Positions 22,751 through 35,562 of a stretch of DNA of 64,000 nt are shown piece after piece. Origin of the DNA: Dimorphilus gyrociliatus (taxonomy: Eukaryota; Animalia; Annelida); NCBI GenBank assembly GCA_904063045.1, contig CAJFCJ010000002.1, forward strand, positions 186,001-250,000. Reading direction: 5' to 3'. The notes below the pieces were generated by a model, which saw nothing but the letters and a program-made list of their open reading frames with translations, was not told the DNA's origin and searched no databases. Position numbers and translations under genes: made by a program. Positions within the stretch are counted from its first letter, which is position 1. Each line of letters opens with the position of its first letter.

Positions 22751-25628
22751 TGGCTGGCCGCGAAAAGATTTTCTAGCGCTAGGTTTAATATTTTTAAATT
22801 TCATATAACCAATAACTTGTTGAGGTACTTCAGCAAGAACGCATTTTGCCAATTCTGCTTTAGCGGCATCAATATTATTTCCGTACCTATCCAAAATACT
22901 CTGAAATGGTACAAATTGAACAATATCTCGACACGCTGTTCTCCCACCGGAAGAAAGATTTCTTTTATCAGCATCTAGATGATCCATTGCTAAATTTGTT
23001 AAGAGAAATGAGTATCATCAATATATAATCCCTATAAGTTTGAAATTTATCAATTTTCAAACCTGAAAAATCTGCTCGACCAACACCGACTATAATAATT
23101 GAAAGCGGCAAGAAAGATGCCTGTAAAATAGAAAACTTGTAAACCTTAAAAGAATGGATCAATAACTTTTTTCTACTTACATCAATAATAGCTCTGATTG
23201 TTTCATGCATATCTGTTATAATACCATCAGTTATAATTAACAGGATCGTATACTTGTCAGGTGATGAGCTCTGTCTCACACGGCTAATTTTTGTAAAAAA
23301 AAAGCGTAAACTATTGATAGAATATAATGTTTATTAATCTTACTTGGCTGTATAATTAATACATGGAGAAAAATTGGTTGGTCCATATAGATTCACAGTT
23401 TGCAAGGAAGAATAATAAGCTTGCATTATTCCTGGAATTCCCAAACAATCAGGATCTGATGAACTACCATTCTAAATAAAATAATAAAAATATCCAGTTG
23501 TGGCTATTTATAGAATTTTTATTAAAATGGTTACCAGAAAAAAACAATGCGATACTTGTTGATTTGGCAATAAACCTCCAAATCCAAGAGCAGGAAACCT
23601 CTTTTTGCTGATAAAGAAAGAGAACTTTAAATTCAATAGTTTTTAAGTTTACAAATTATTTTACTGGTCATAATCTTGTAAAATTTCTCCAACAGAATAC
23701 AATGCTAATCCATATTGACTATGCTTATTTTGGGTATAGTAATGTAAAGAATCTCGGGATTGTGGATGGCCATTTGATTGAGTAAAATCGATGGATATTA
23801 TAAGATTTATTTCCAAACTGAAAAATATGTAGGCATGTTACATATATTTAAATAAGAACGCCATGTTTCAACTTACCCTCCTTGAATGAAATCTAGGAAA
23901 GAGGGCTCTTGAACGTATTGATACTGGGTTAAACTGATAGTCCCAGAATTCTTATAAGATTTCTTACTTTTCTTTTTCGGATTAATAACCTAATTTTTAA
24001 TGAAAAAAGCTAAAAAAAATGAAACTTTTATATAGAAAACAAACCTCATAGGTATTATGTTGTCCTGGTCCTGCTTTTAGCTTAGTAAATGAGGTAGAGC
24101 ATATTCCAATTAAATCATCGCTACTTATTAAATATACCGATTGAAATTGAATTTTCGTCAACGTTATTATAAAAACTTACGAGGAGTTTTTATCCCAATC
24201 ATAGATCTCTATCTTCAAGTCTGCATCACCACTTTTCAAAGCTATCGACTGTACTGGAAGTTGAAAAGCTCTCCATTTCGGATTCAATGTATTTTGAATA
24301 ACTTCCGTTTTGTGAATAACTGTAAACCTGTTAATAGAAAGACAATTTCAAAATGTTCGCTAAATAAAAAAGACTCTTATAATCTTAACTAACGTTCTAT
24401 CCATATTTTCTCTATATAAAACAACATAAGGATCCGATTTTCCCAAAAAATCTTTTTTATCCAAATTATTGGCATGGAATTGCAATAAAACCTTATCCTT
24501 AAAAAAATAACGTGCGACTTAAAAGAAAATTCACAAAGTATGAGCTTGAACAATCGACTTACATTGGAATGAGCAACTTCTTGACTTCGAACTTGAAAAT
24601 AAAACAAACATGACATTATTTTTGGGAAAATATTTCAACTTGACAGATAATTTACTTGAAATGGAACTTTTCTTAAAGGATCCAGACGACTTTAAGGTAG
24701 ACACAAGCGTACCTTTGCCAACTATCTCAGACAATCTGCATTGAGCTTCCCCTAAGAATTCCTAAATGTAGATAATACACTTTATAAGTTATTTGAAATA
24801 TATCTTGTTCAAATATATTACGTGATTTTTGAGATTACTACTCTTTGAATCGGAATCGTACCTGTTAAAAAAAAATAGAGAAAGGAGTGTTATTGCTATT
24901 TGATCTATAAGTGATAAAAGATGAGTATATCATCTGTTCTTATTCAGCAGATACATACACTTGAAATTTCAATTCTTGAACTTCTTCAAACATATAATCA
25001 ATAACAAATTTATGTTTAAATGTAGGATTTAATGAATCTTTGACGACTTCCGTTCTATCATGCTATAAAATGAAATAATATTGCGTAATGACTGAACTAT
25101 TTATTTTTTTAAGCCAATATACCTCAACGAATCCAGTTGCTCTTGGTGGTTTAACAAAAAGAACGCACAATGGATCAGATTTCGAAAATACATCTTTGTC
25201 TGCTAGATTTCTAAAAGAAAGGCAATTATGAAAATATAAATATAACAACGAAAATGAAAGAACGAATTATGAATATTTTAAAAAAGCTTTTACTATAATA
25301 CTAACTTTTAATTAGAGATTTGTCTTTAAATATATGATAATTATGTTATCTAAATTATTTTTTTTTGCAAGTTTATATGGATAAGATTCATAGTGGAATA
25401 TTTGAATCATTGAAAGTTATGACATAATGAGCTTAACAGAAGAGAAAATTTTTAAAAAGATAAATAGCCTCAATACTATCCAAAATCATGATGATAATTT
25501 GGGATCATTATACTACTATTAACTTACGCCTTTATACTTAGTACTCACTTGCAAGATATTGTTAACTCAATTCGACTTTTTGGAGTAAACACCTTTCCAG
25601 GTCCGGCTGTGACTTCGCTGTACGCCAT
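22124..25628 (-). CDS. CPNE: Copine (C2-C2-vWA) with a ~200-aa Pro/Gly/Tyr/Gln C-terminal tail; multi-exon
   Basis: First exon [26 protein letters not shown]|, then [57 protein letters not shown] and RDIVQFVPF. Confidence 0.92.
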
Positions 25629-26243
25629 TTTGTATTTTTAGCTAAAAGCTTTGAATATAGATGGCGGTATAAATACTTATTGTCACAGGCCAAATACCTA
25701 GAATGCTTTATCAGGGCATATTTAAAGACCTAGATGTAAATGTATTGTACAATATTGGCAATGTAATTTTTACATAGGTTTAATGAACCATACCATAACT
25801 ATGCATATAACATATAAAAGTTATATTGTTGTTACCCTATCTTTTAAACTAAAAATAACATGCGTTTTTTTCCTTTTGCAGCACAATAAATAGTTTATTC
25901 ATGAGATCTAAGTTCTTTATTATACTTTGTTATCATTTGCAGTAGGCACAAATTTATATTATCATGCTTTCTATAATTAAACGTTTTCTTCTTTCATGTA
26001 CCTAAAACCACAACATTAATATACAACAGAACTTAATTAATTAATTTATTTAAATTCATATTTAATTAATAAATATTTAATTATTGATTATCTTAAATGA
26101 TAATTTGAAGAAGAAGCATTCCTCTCCTTTTTTCCCCCTCAATTTGGCAATTTTTTTCCTTATTTTTTCATTTTTTTTGTTTTCTTTCAATCCATTGCTT
26201 TGTTATTCATGGCACCAAATTACCCATTTTTAAGTGAATTTTA

Positions 26244-29200
26244 TCAAGGACATTGCTTTTCTGCTGTAGAATCATACTGAGGTGGGGAAGATACGAATTT
26301 ACTGCGTTCTGTTTCTAAGGTGCTATCCTTAATCGGACTAGCTTCTGGGGATTCTTCAGTATATTGAACATATTTTACATTACTACTATCGCCCATAACT
26401 AAACACTGTAGAAAATACAAAAGTTGAATATTGATAATTCTGTGATAGCAAATGTAAAGGCGGAAATTTACCTGTTTCTCAACCTGTAATACCGGAGGGT
26501 TCCGCAGGAAAATCATCAAGGGAGCATAGAGGAAATTGATAATTGCTATAACAAACAGCATCCACGAGAATCCGATGGCCTTTACCATGGAGCCACTAAG
26601 GGCTGGTCCAATGGCATATCCTAAGCAGAATGCAACGTCGGCAATAGCATAAACACTTCCGTATACTGCGACATGTCTAATATCTACCAGATAACCCATA
26701 ATAGGCATCATGGAAGAATCAACCATTCCTAAACACCATTAACAATGATTCTTAACAATACTATTTATCAAAAAGTTATCTTTTACTGACTTTAAGAGTA
26801 GAAAGGGGAATTGGAGGAAAAGAAAAAAGAAAAAATAAGGAATTACCTATGGCAAAGCCCATGAAAAAATTAGGTGCAAGTAGATGATAAATATTAGTAG
26901 AAAATGGAATCTGGAAAGATACTAATGCAGTTCTCACATGCTATATAGGTAAACACGTATGATAAAAATAGAGAATTCTCTGTGTAAAAAATATATAAAA
27001 TCTTGTTTTTCCTCTAAATAAATCATACTTAAATGACAAATTATTGAATTTAACGAATGAATTATTCAAAAAGGAAAGTTATGAAAAGATATCCTTTATT
27101 TTAAAGAGTTTAGTTTCTTTCAGACATGCTGTTAGTCAATAAGATAGAACAGTTCTTTACTATTTTTATAGTTTTTGTTCATGTGCAAAAGAGTACAAAA
27201 ACAAAAAAAAATTAAAGGAATAAATAGAATTCAAAACAAATGAAAAAAAAAACAAAAAAAGGGATAAAAGTTGAATTTTTAACTCTTTTTTGTTATAAAA
27301 GAGAATAAAAAGAAACAAAAGAGAAAAAGAGGAATTGTTTCCAATTCTCACCAATCGAAAAGCCTAAGCCAAAATTAGGAACAATTAAATGACCTATATT
27401 CTTGGCAAACGGAATCTGTAAGAATTGGTTAATAATATTTATTTTCCAATAATTTGCTTAGTAAGTTTCAATATTTTATCCCACGAGGTAAAAAGTCAAC
27501 CAAGATGATATTTAAAGTATTTTTTCCCGCCAAAAATTATCATTGAAAAATTAATTACAGTACGAAAGTAATAAATTCATTTAATAAGTTAAAAAACTAA
27601 AGAATCGTATGAATATAGTTAAAGAAATAAAGTGGATTTTCACTTACAGCTACTAATGATGCTCCAATAATTAACATTCCCAATAGGGCGCTTAACCATC
27701 TATAAAAGAAATTTTTAATATTTTTAACTTATTGTTAGACGATTTTGTTCGTCTTTTTAATAAAATTACAAACCTGCCCATTTTATGCGCCAATGGCCCA
27801 AAAATGTTTGTTCCAATTAAATAAGAAATACTTGCTGGTAAGAAGGCTGCCCCTTGCTTCCATTTTTTAGCTTTCATTGTATCTAACATCCAAAGGGGTA
27901 ACGATGGTTCCAGCATAGCAATACCCATATTCGCAAATGTTATTGAACCTAGATATAAATGGTATTTAACAAGAGAATTAAAATTCTTTTTTTTGTGTAA
28001 AAAAGCGACATCTACCGGCTGCTAATAGAATGTAAGGGTCCTTTAAAAGATTTTTTAAAGGTGCCCCTTTCTGGGTTTCTGGAATAACTTTCAGATCAAA
28101 TATTGTTAGCTGCAATACTGAAAAACAGAAATGTTCCATCAGTTTAGGCTCTTTTATTAAACAACATAAACCTCTTATATAAACAGTAATAGAACTTACA
28201 TCCGTCTAGCATAACCAAGACAGCTAGAATGATGAATGGAGCGGCTTTTCCTACAAATTCATATAGAATTCCTCCGAATGGAGGACCAACTAAAAGCGCC
28301 AAACAATTCATTTTAAAATATTACGAAATTACTATGATTATTAATAACCTAAAACCCCTAAAGCTAATCCACCCAAAGCAATAGCCATAGCGTTTCCTCT
28401 TTCTCTGTCATCTGGATATCTGTCAGCCAACATACCCATACCTTAAAAGATAATAAAAAACACAATTTAATCTCTTTCCGAAAGGGTTTCAGATGTTAGC
28501 AAATAAAACAAACCGGAAACGCTGGAACATGCTGATCCAATACCCTGGACAGCTCTTGCTACAAAAAGTACACCGTAACTTTGAGCGAACGCGAAAACTG
28601 TAATGAAAAAAATAAAGGGAGAATTTTTTTAATCTATAATTTAAAAATAGTACAATATATAGAATATATATAAAAGAAACGTGCACTTATTGAATATAAA
28701 CAATTGGAGAAATGGGAAAAAGTTAATCGTAAAGGTCAGTCATAGGTAAAATTCTTTGAAGTCGTTACAGTTGTTTAAATTGCCCTATAGCGTGATCATT
28801 CAACAAAGAAGTATCGAATAAAAGATTCAAGTTTACGAAAAATTTCATCACCGACAAACAAAACGCTTTATATCGTGTGCAATTATTGAAAATATCTCAA
28901 TAACAATCGATAATGTTTTTTCCCTCATCCTTTTCTATTTTACCTTTTCCTTCTTTTAATTTTCCTTATTAAAAGTATGTTGATAAAAGTCTTGTTGTTT
29001 GTTTTATATCCTTTTTTTGTTTATTACAAATTCTTGTTTTCCATATTTATTTATCAAATTTAATTGGCCTTGACCAATTTACCTTCATTTCAATGATTCT
29101 TTTATTACCAATCGACTGGTTTTAAATTGTTTATACGCTTAATTTTTAATAATAAAATTAACTAAAGAAAGTTTTATTAGATTACACTTACCCAAAGTAG

Positions 29201-29985
29201 ATATGAACATGATAACAAAACCAGAAAACATTGGGATGTTGTATCCAATTCTAGAATAGTCATGAAAAAAAAAGAAAAATAAGGATAAAGAAATCTCAAA
29301 TTGCAAAACCGTGTCAAACTACGAAGCGGATCATTACAAACGTTCGGGTATCGATTATCAATAGTAGGCCTACCGATTCGTCAACGGTCCAATAATTGGA
29401 TTCGTAATCAGTTGCATAATCGCCTTGCTGGCAAACATTAAGCCAACTGCAACATTTTCGTTAACAATATCCGAATGTAATTTCTTTTCGAGTTTGGCTT
29501 CACCGGACTCGGCGCTTTCAGTTGTTAAGAGGAAGCCTTCTGCGTAAACTCCTGTTTGTACTTTATTTGGTTCAAAGACAGTTTGATTATAATTAAGTAT
29601 AGCACTGGTGTTTGAATTCGTGTTCTCTTTATTAAAGACTTCAGGATGCTCCATTTGGAAGAGAAAATTCGGTATAATCGGTACTAAATAGAGAGAGAGG
29701 GAGAGAGAAAAAAACAGAAAAAACTAATTAGAATTTATTACATTATATATAAACCTTCGCTAACAGAACATGGTGAAAATTTATCACTACTAAATCCTAA
29801 AAAATACTTGTTACAGTATGACTTTATATAACATTTCTATTGCTAAAAATTATAAAATACATATTAGATTAAGTATTAAGAGATTATTTATAAAACAAAA
29901 TAACTTAAAATAGATTCTTATGTATTGTTCATTGTTTATTGTATAAATTTACATATTTATCATGAAACTAAGGCTATTCACATAA

Positions 29986-30030
<45 letters not shown>

Positions 30031-31376
30031 TATATGACAAAATTTCTGATAGTTGCCAGTCTAATTCTAGTAGAATCGTTAATAATATACTCTATATATA
30101 GTTATAGGTTTCTATAAAATGGAAAAAAAGTATCGTATAAAAGGTATATTGAACTGATTGAAAAGTTGTTCTTTCTTAAGATAAAAAAGCATATCAATAA
30201 ATGAAATAACTTTTCATTCAAATATATTTTTAACATTGTGTTTTCTCAATATCTGTGGAAAAAAATTAGTCTGGCTCTTAGTTTGTCCTCTTACAATTCT
30301 TTTAATTATTTCATAAGAAAAAATCTATTTTTAGGTATAGTCATTACTTGACTTTAAGACAAATAATACAAACTAATAACAAATGATATTATATTACGGT
30401 TTTATTACGTAACTGCAAACTTTCCCATGTTTTGTAACAGTTTGTAATTGCCCAGTGAGATTTTTTATGAAATATGTCTACAAATTTCGTTTTTTTCATA
30501 TGTTATCATGATCTATAGAATGTGTTCTAACGTATAATCCTTTTCTTCCCTTTAAAATAGATGGCGCTCTTAAGATTAGATTTGCTTAATTTGATTTTCT
30601 TATCATTTTTTTTTCTACTGTTGAAAAACTTTTATACAAAATTACTAATTTCCCCTTTTTTGATAGACAAAAAGTTAAAAAAATGTATAAAGAGAAAGAG
30701 AGAGAGAGAGAGGGGGGAAAGAGAGATAAAGGAGGAAAGAGAAAGGGCAAGAGAACAGTTTTTCAATTTTTAAATACCGGTATTTTTTTTCATATATTTG
30801 AATTGTTTTCAAAGCGTTTTGTAACTATTGAACAGAATTGACGGAAAACGCATTAGATAAAGTAAATATATTTATATAAGGAATGGTTTTATTTGAAAAT
30901 ATATTGATAGTTCAGGTTTCTAAGATAAAAGAGAATGTAAAGTTTAAAATATTTGAAAAAAAATAAAAATCTGTCACCGTTTGACAAACGGAAACTAACA
31001 ATCATTACAATGCTTTTAAATATAGCTAATTAATTATAAAACTTATTAAAATTCGACATTGAGTTAAAAGTTGGTAGAAATAAAAAAGAAAGTACTTTTC
31101 ATATATAATTAGAATGCATTAGTTGACTTTTTGTTTGATATTGAAAAAAGTTTTAATAGGTTATAGAAAAATTCGTTACCAACAAAGAAAAGTATCGGGT
31201 AAAAAAGAGGAAATTTCTTGATTTACGGTATTACAGTACTCACCGACTGTAGTCAGCAGCATATTATCGAGAAAAAGCGCAATAAATACAATAACTAAAA
31301 GTGGTTTTCTCGAAGTTCTCCATCTTTCCAATAATTCTCTCCGTCTATCTCCAGATAAATCCAAAAGAAAATGCAT
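26244..31376 (-). CDS. VMAT: Vesicular monoamine transporter (SLC18A1/2 type), multi-exon
   Basis: [25 protein letters not shown]|[58 protein letters not shown] and YAIADVAFC. The conserved TM Asp residues are present. It is intron-rich and the TM1 wording is VMAT-like rather than VAChT-like. Confidence 0.93.
29990..30027. repeat. (TA)n microsatellite in VMAT intron 1
   Basis: About 19 TA units. Confidence 0.9.
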
Positions 31377-31524
31377 CTTTGAACCTGCGGAATTACGAAA
31401 GGTCTAAAAGAAAATGGTGACAAATTTTCTCCTAAGCAAGAAATTCGATGAAAATTTCATGATAGGAGTCAACTGATCGAAACGAATTAGTGGGCAAAAG
31501 TAGAGGGAAGCGAGATTAGTAATT

Positions 31525-31832
31525 ATTATGCATAAGCGCTCATTAATATGCAAATTAGAATATTACCTTGTAGTAAACAGAAGCCGTACGATCAGAGTCG
31601 TCGCATTCGTTTAGCGGCCGACTGCAAAAGCGATCTGCAAAAAATCAACGGTCATGAATATGCATATTTGCGGTAAATTAGATCAATGATCAGTTAAAGC
31701 TTTTGCATATTTATAAGGAGGCCGAATTCCGGCTTAGACCGTGATTAAGCATTCATAAATTGCAAGTCAGCCGTATTTTTTATTGTCGGCAAACATCTGC
31801 CGTGTGATTTTTTTCCAGTTTTCGTGACGTCA
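31525..31832. promoter_or_regulatory. VMAT proximal regulatory module: clustered POU sites plus a full CRE
   Basis: ATTATGCATAA (31525), GCTCATTAAT (31538), octamer ATGCAAAT (31548), MORE-like ATGAATATGCAT (31654), TTTTGCAT (31701) and TGACGTCA (31825). Confidence 0.6.
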
Positions 31833-34800
31833 CTAATCATCATGGTATCGGCGGGCGTCTAAAATGAGACGCTATTATTTCTGATACTCGCCACCAATAT
31901 ACGGAGCTTCATAATTTTAAATAACAGAAAAAGTTACTCTAAAAAAACATTTTTAAACAATAAGAGGATAGTTTGAAAGAGCCAATTATCCTAAAGGATA
32001 GTTGATGATATTCAAGTGTCCTCTAAAGGTTACAATACTATTAAAAAAACTATTCTTCCATACAATCTTCATTAATATATCATATAAATATAATCACAAG
32101 TGTACAAAAACCTAACTATTCTCCCACCTTTTCATCCATTTATAGAACTAAAGGAAAAAGACGGTAATTTATTTATATAGGCTCACAAATTCGGACGCCA
32201 ATCGCCATATAAAATATCTTACTAAAAAGTGGAATAAAAAGGAAAATATATATAAAAAAAAAAAAGGAAAACGTTCTCTGACTTTTGAGAAAGGAGAGAA
32301 AGAAAAAAAAAGGAACTTTTAGCTATTGTTATTTATCCCTATTGAACTTTTAACTAATTAGATTAGATCGAAAAAATTACTTGATCGATGAAATAACTAC
32401 GTGGCGTTAAAAATACTCTTAGTGACAAAACTAATTTAAAGAAATTTACTCAAAGATTTTCTTTGCCCCTTCCCCTCCCCCTTTTTTTTTGCCCTAAATA
32501 TATTACTTTTACATAAATTACTATATGAATTTTGATAGTAAAAATTGGTTATATAATCAATAATTCTAAAGATATTTTTGAATTAATTAAAGAAGGAATT
32601 TCTCTTTTGTTTCTCTCTATTTTTATCATCTAATAAAATCATTTCCTCTTTCTTATGGAAATTTTAAACAAATAAGGTAAATCAAGTACCCTATCCACCC
32701 ACCCATTTCCTATTTCTCCTAAACTAACAATCTCTTCCATTTTTTTCTTCTACTATAAATTGTATAGAAATCACAAAGTTTGTCTTAAACTTTTACTTTA
32801 CGGTTTACTTATGGTTCTTGCCATGGCCTCTTTTTTATTATTTTTCAACCGTCTAAATATAGATACGACATTGCAAATATTTGACTAGAACATTCATAGT
32901 CAATTGATGCATTTGTAGATCTTTTCGGAAATATTTGCAGTTAAACCTTATTACCATCCTGCAATACTTCAGCTCTTTTCCCTAAATAAACAAATCTTTG
33001 TGTATAAAGAAAAAAGATAACTATTCACTTATAAGAAAAACGTACACCTAATTTACCATTTTTAATAATTCGATTATTGTAAGTAACGTTTATGGTAGTA
33101 TTATTGTTATAATATCTGCATGTTCAATCATTGCGGGTAATTGGATCTACTTGATGACGTCAAAATAATAGTTAATCAATTGAATACGTTTAAGAGCTTG
33201 AAATTAAAAGTTTATAATAAACAACTTTCAAATGAAAACACGAAATTTATTGAAGAGGGCGTCTCTTTCGTACTGATAGAGGAACAAATATATACAGTAG
33301 ATACATATATATTTCTTTTTTATGTCGTTTTCATATGTATGAGAATAGAAGAATGAATAATTTTCATGCATGTCTTTAGGATAAACATTCAATTTGTAAA
33401 GCTGTTTGTAAAGTATGCAATCTTTTTCGTTCTCAACGACATCAGCAATCAGAGTCACCCCAACATTCCAATAGACGTCAAAGCCAGCCGTTAGAAAATA
33501 GACGCCTTTTTTACTGATGTTCAATTAGAACGTTCCAAGCATAGCTTTTATAGCCACCGGCTTTTTGTAGGCCTAAAAATTCAACTATAGGCTCATAAGC
33601 ATAGCGGAAATAACTTACCTTCCGTCATTTGCCTGCGTTGAAATAAATGCGAATTGATTTTCGGCGTTATAAATGTTTGTTCGTCACGGTTTACAGACTA
33701 TTTTTAGTATTTGAGACAGAAAATTTTTCAGAGCATAAAACAGGGAGGATGTATCAGTTTCTAAATAAATCCTAAGATTCTACGTACAAAAATGTCCGTA
33801 TGAACAATTTTTCAATTATTAATATATTATAATACTTAACAATTGTATTATTATTATAAAAATTGAACTCGATATTAAGCGATTATATTTCTTTAGCATT
33901 TCGTATCCATTATAAATTTTTTTTTGGAAGAAACCTGAAATTCTCCTCCGTAGAGTACCATTCATCAACGCCATCTTTCGGATAATGTCTGTTTGTTTCA
34001 GATAAATCTAAAGAAATAGAATAGTTTCTCGGTTGTTCGCTTTTACTTTCGTTTTAAGCACGACTGAAAGGATTGCGAACGTTGACCTTGGAATGAATAA
34101 TAAATTGCAATTATTATAAAATATGTAGAAGCTGTCTCTTGATGATCTTGTGGAACCATGATAGACGAAATTGTTTACTAAAAGAAAAAAAGTGCAACTT
34201 TAACTGTTAAACTTTAGACTAACCGATCAACTAAGTGAAAGAGAGAATATATAATGAAAAAAGATGAGGTGAGATAGTGAGAGGGAAAGAAAAACAGTGA
34301 GAAAAACACTGAGTTGAGTGTAATCATTGCATCCGTTAAACAGATCATGGCATGAAACGATCAAGATCTACTACAGCAGTAACACTTATTTACCTAATAC
34401 TTTCAGCAATCAAAGTCAAAGTTTGGCTTTGGAGTAGGGAACCTCCGGTATATATATGTTTTCTCCGACTGATGCATAATGAAAGTGTAGTGCATTATGC
34501 ATAAGTGCTATTCGACCTTTAGCAGAACAATAGTTGATTTACAAAATGACCTCCTAATAGATAGAAGCAAACCATTAAAAGTACTATTCTATTTGCCAAA
34601 TAATGTAAAATTGAAATGGGAAAATAAAAGAACTAAGGAAGGCCTGAAATAAAGCATGGGTGATACTCCCGATAGATGGCAACGTTTAAAGAGAAAAAGA
34701 GTAAAATTAGGCGAGAGGGGACAGCACTAGAAATCTAATATACGGACTATAAATAACAGCGTTGAATATCCTCCTCCGCCTCACAGAAAGACGTCAAACT

Positions 34801-35562
34801 AACAGCTTCTAATGACAGGGTGAAAATAGGAACAGCGCAGTACATCGATTATAAATTATGTATTCGTTATCAGAACGATTATGAAATTCTACCATTTAGA
34901 GTAAAGCTATATAAATGACACATGCATGTATTATGAATAAGACGCTTCAGAGCACATTTAATGATGCTATAAATGTAAAACATATGTAAATATAAAATAT
35001 TTTATAGTTGGCTCGAATGAGAATACACATAGGTATAGTAATGTATTATAATAATTTATACTAAAATTATGAAGCATTCAATATAATTTAGGAAAGATAC
35101 AACATATGTATGTATATATAAATATAAATACATATATATATATATAGATATATATATATGTACAGCATATATTGTAAAATACTGTATACCGATTTTGTAC
35201 GTATATATGTAACGTATGTAATTATATATACTTTATATACAAAAAAGTGTGCATGTGCAATTGTTTGATTATTTAAAATTAACAGTCTTGTCATATAATA
35301 CAATCAGAAAAGCGTTTCTCTTCATATATTCCCTGCACCATTCCTCCCTACCCATTCCTTCTCTTTCCTCCTCGCCCTTCCCCACACCCCATCTCCTCCC
35401 ACCACCCTTTCTGCTTTCTTTCTCTTTACACCCTTTTTTCACACTCTCGCTTTAACCATCTTTTTCCAGTTGGTAACTTCTCATCAGTAGACTTTATTTT
35501 GGAGAGTCTTGATTTACTTCTTACATCCCCCTTTTTTCTGTTTTTTGTTTAAAATTTTAAAG

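Noticed and set aside
30561-30773. Small ORFs in AT/purine-rich tracts (also 27166-27354, 35088-35455, 14776-14988)
   Set aside because: They are low-complexity translations of microsatellite-like intronic or intergenic DNA.
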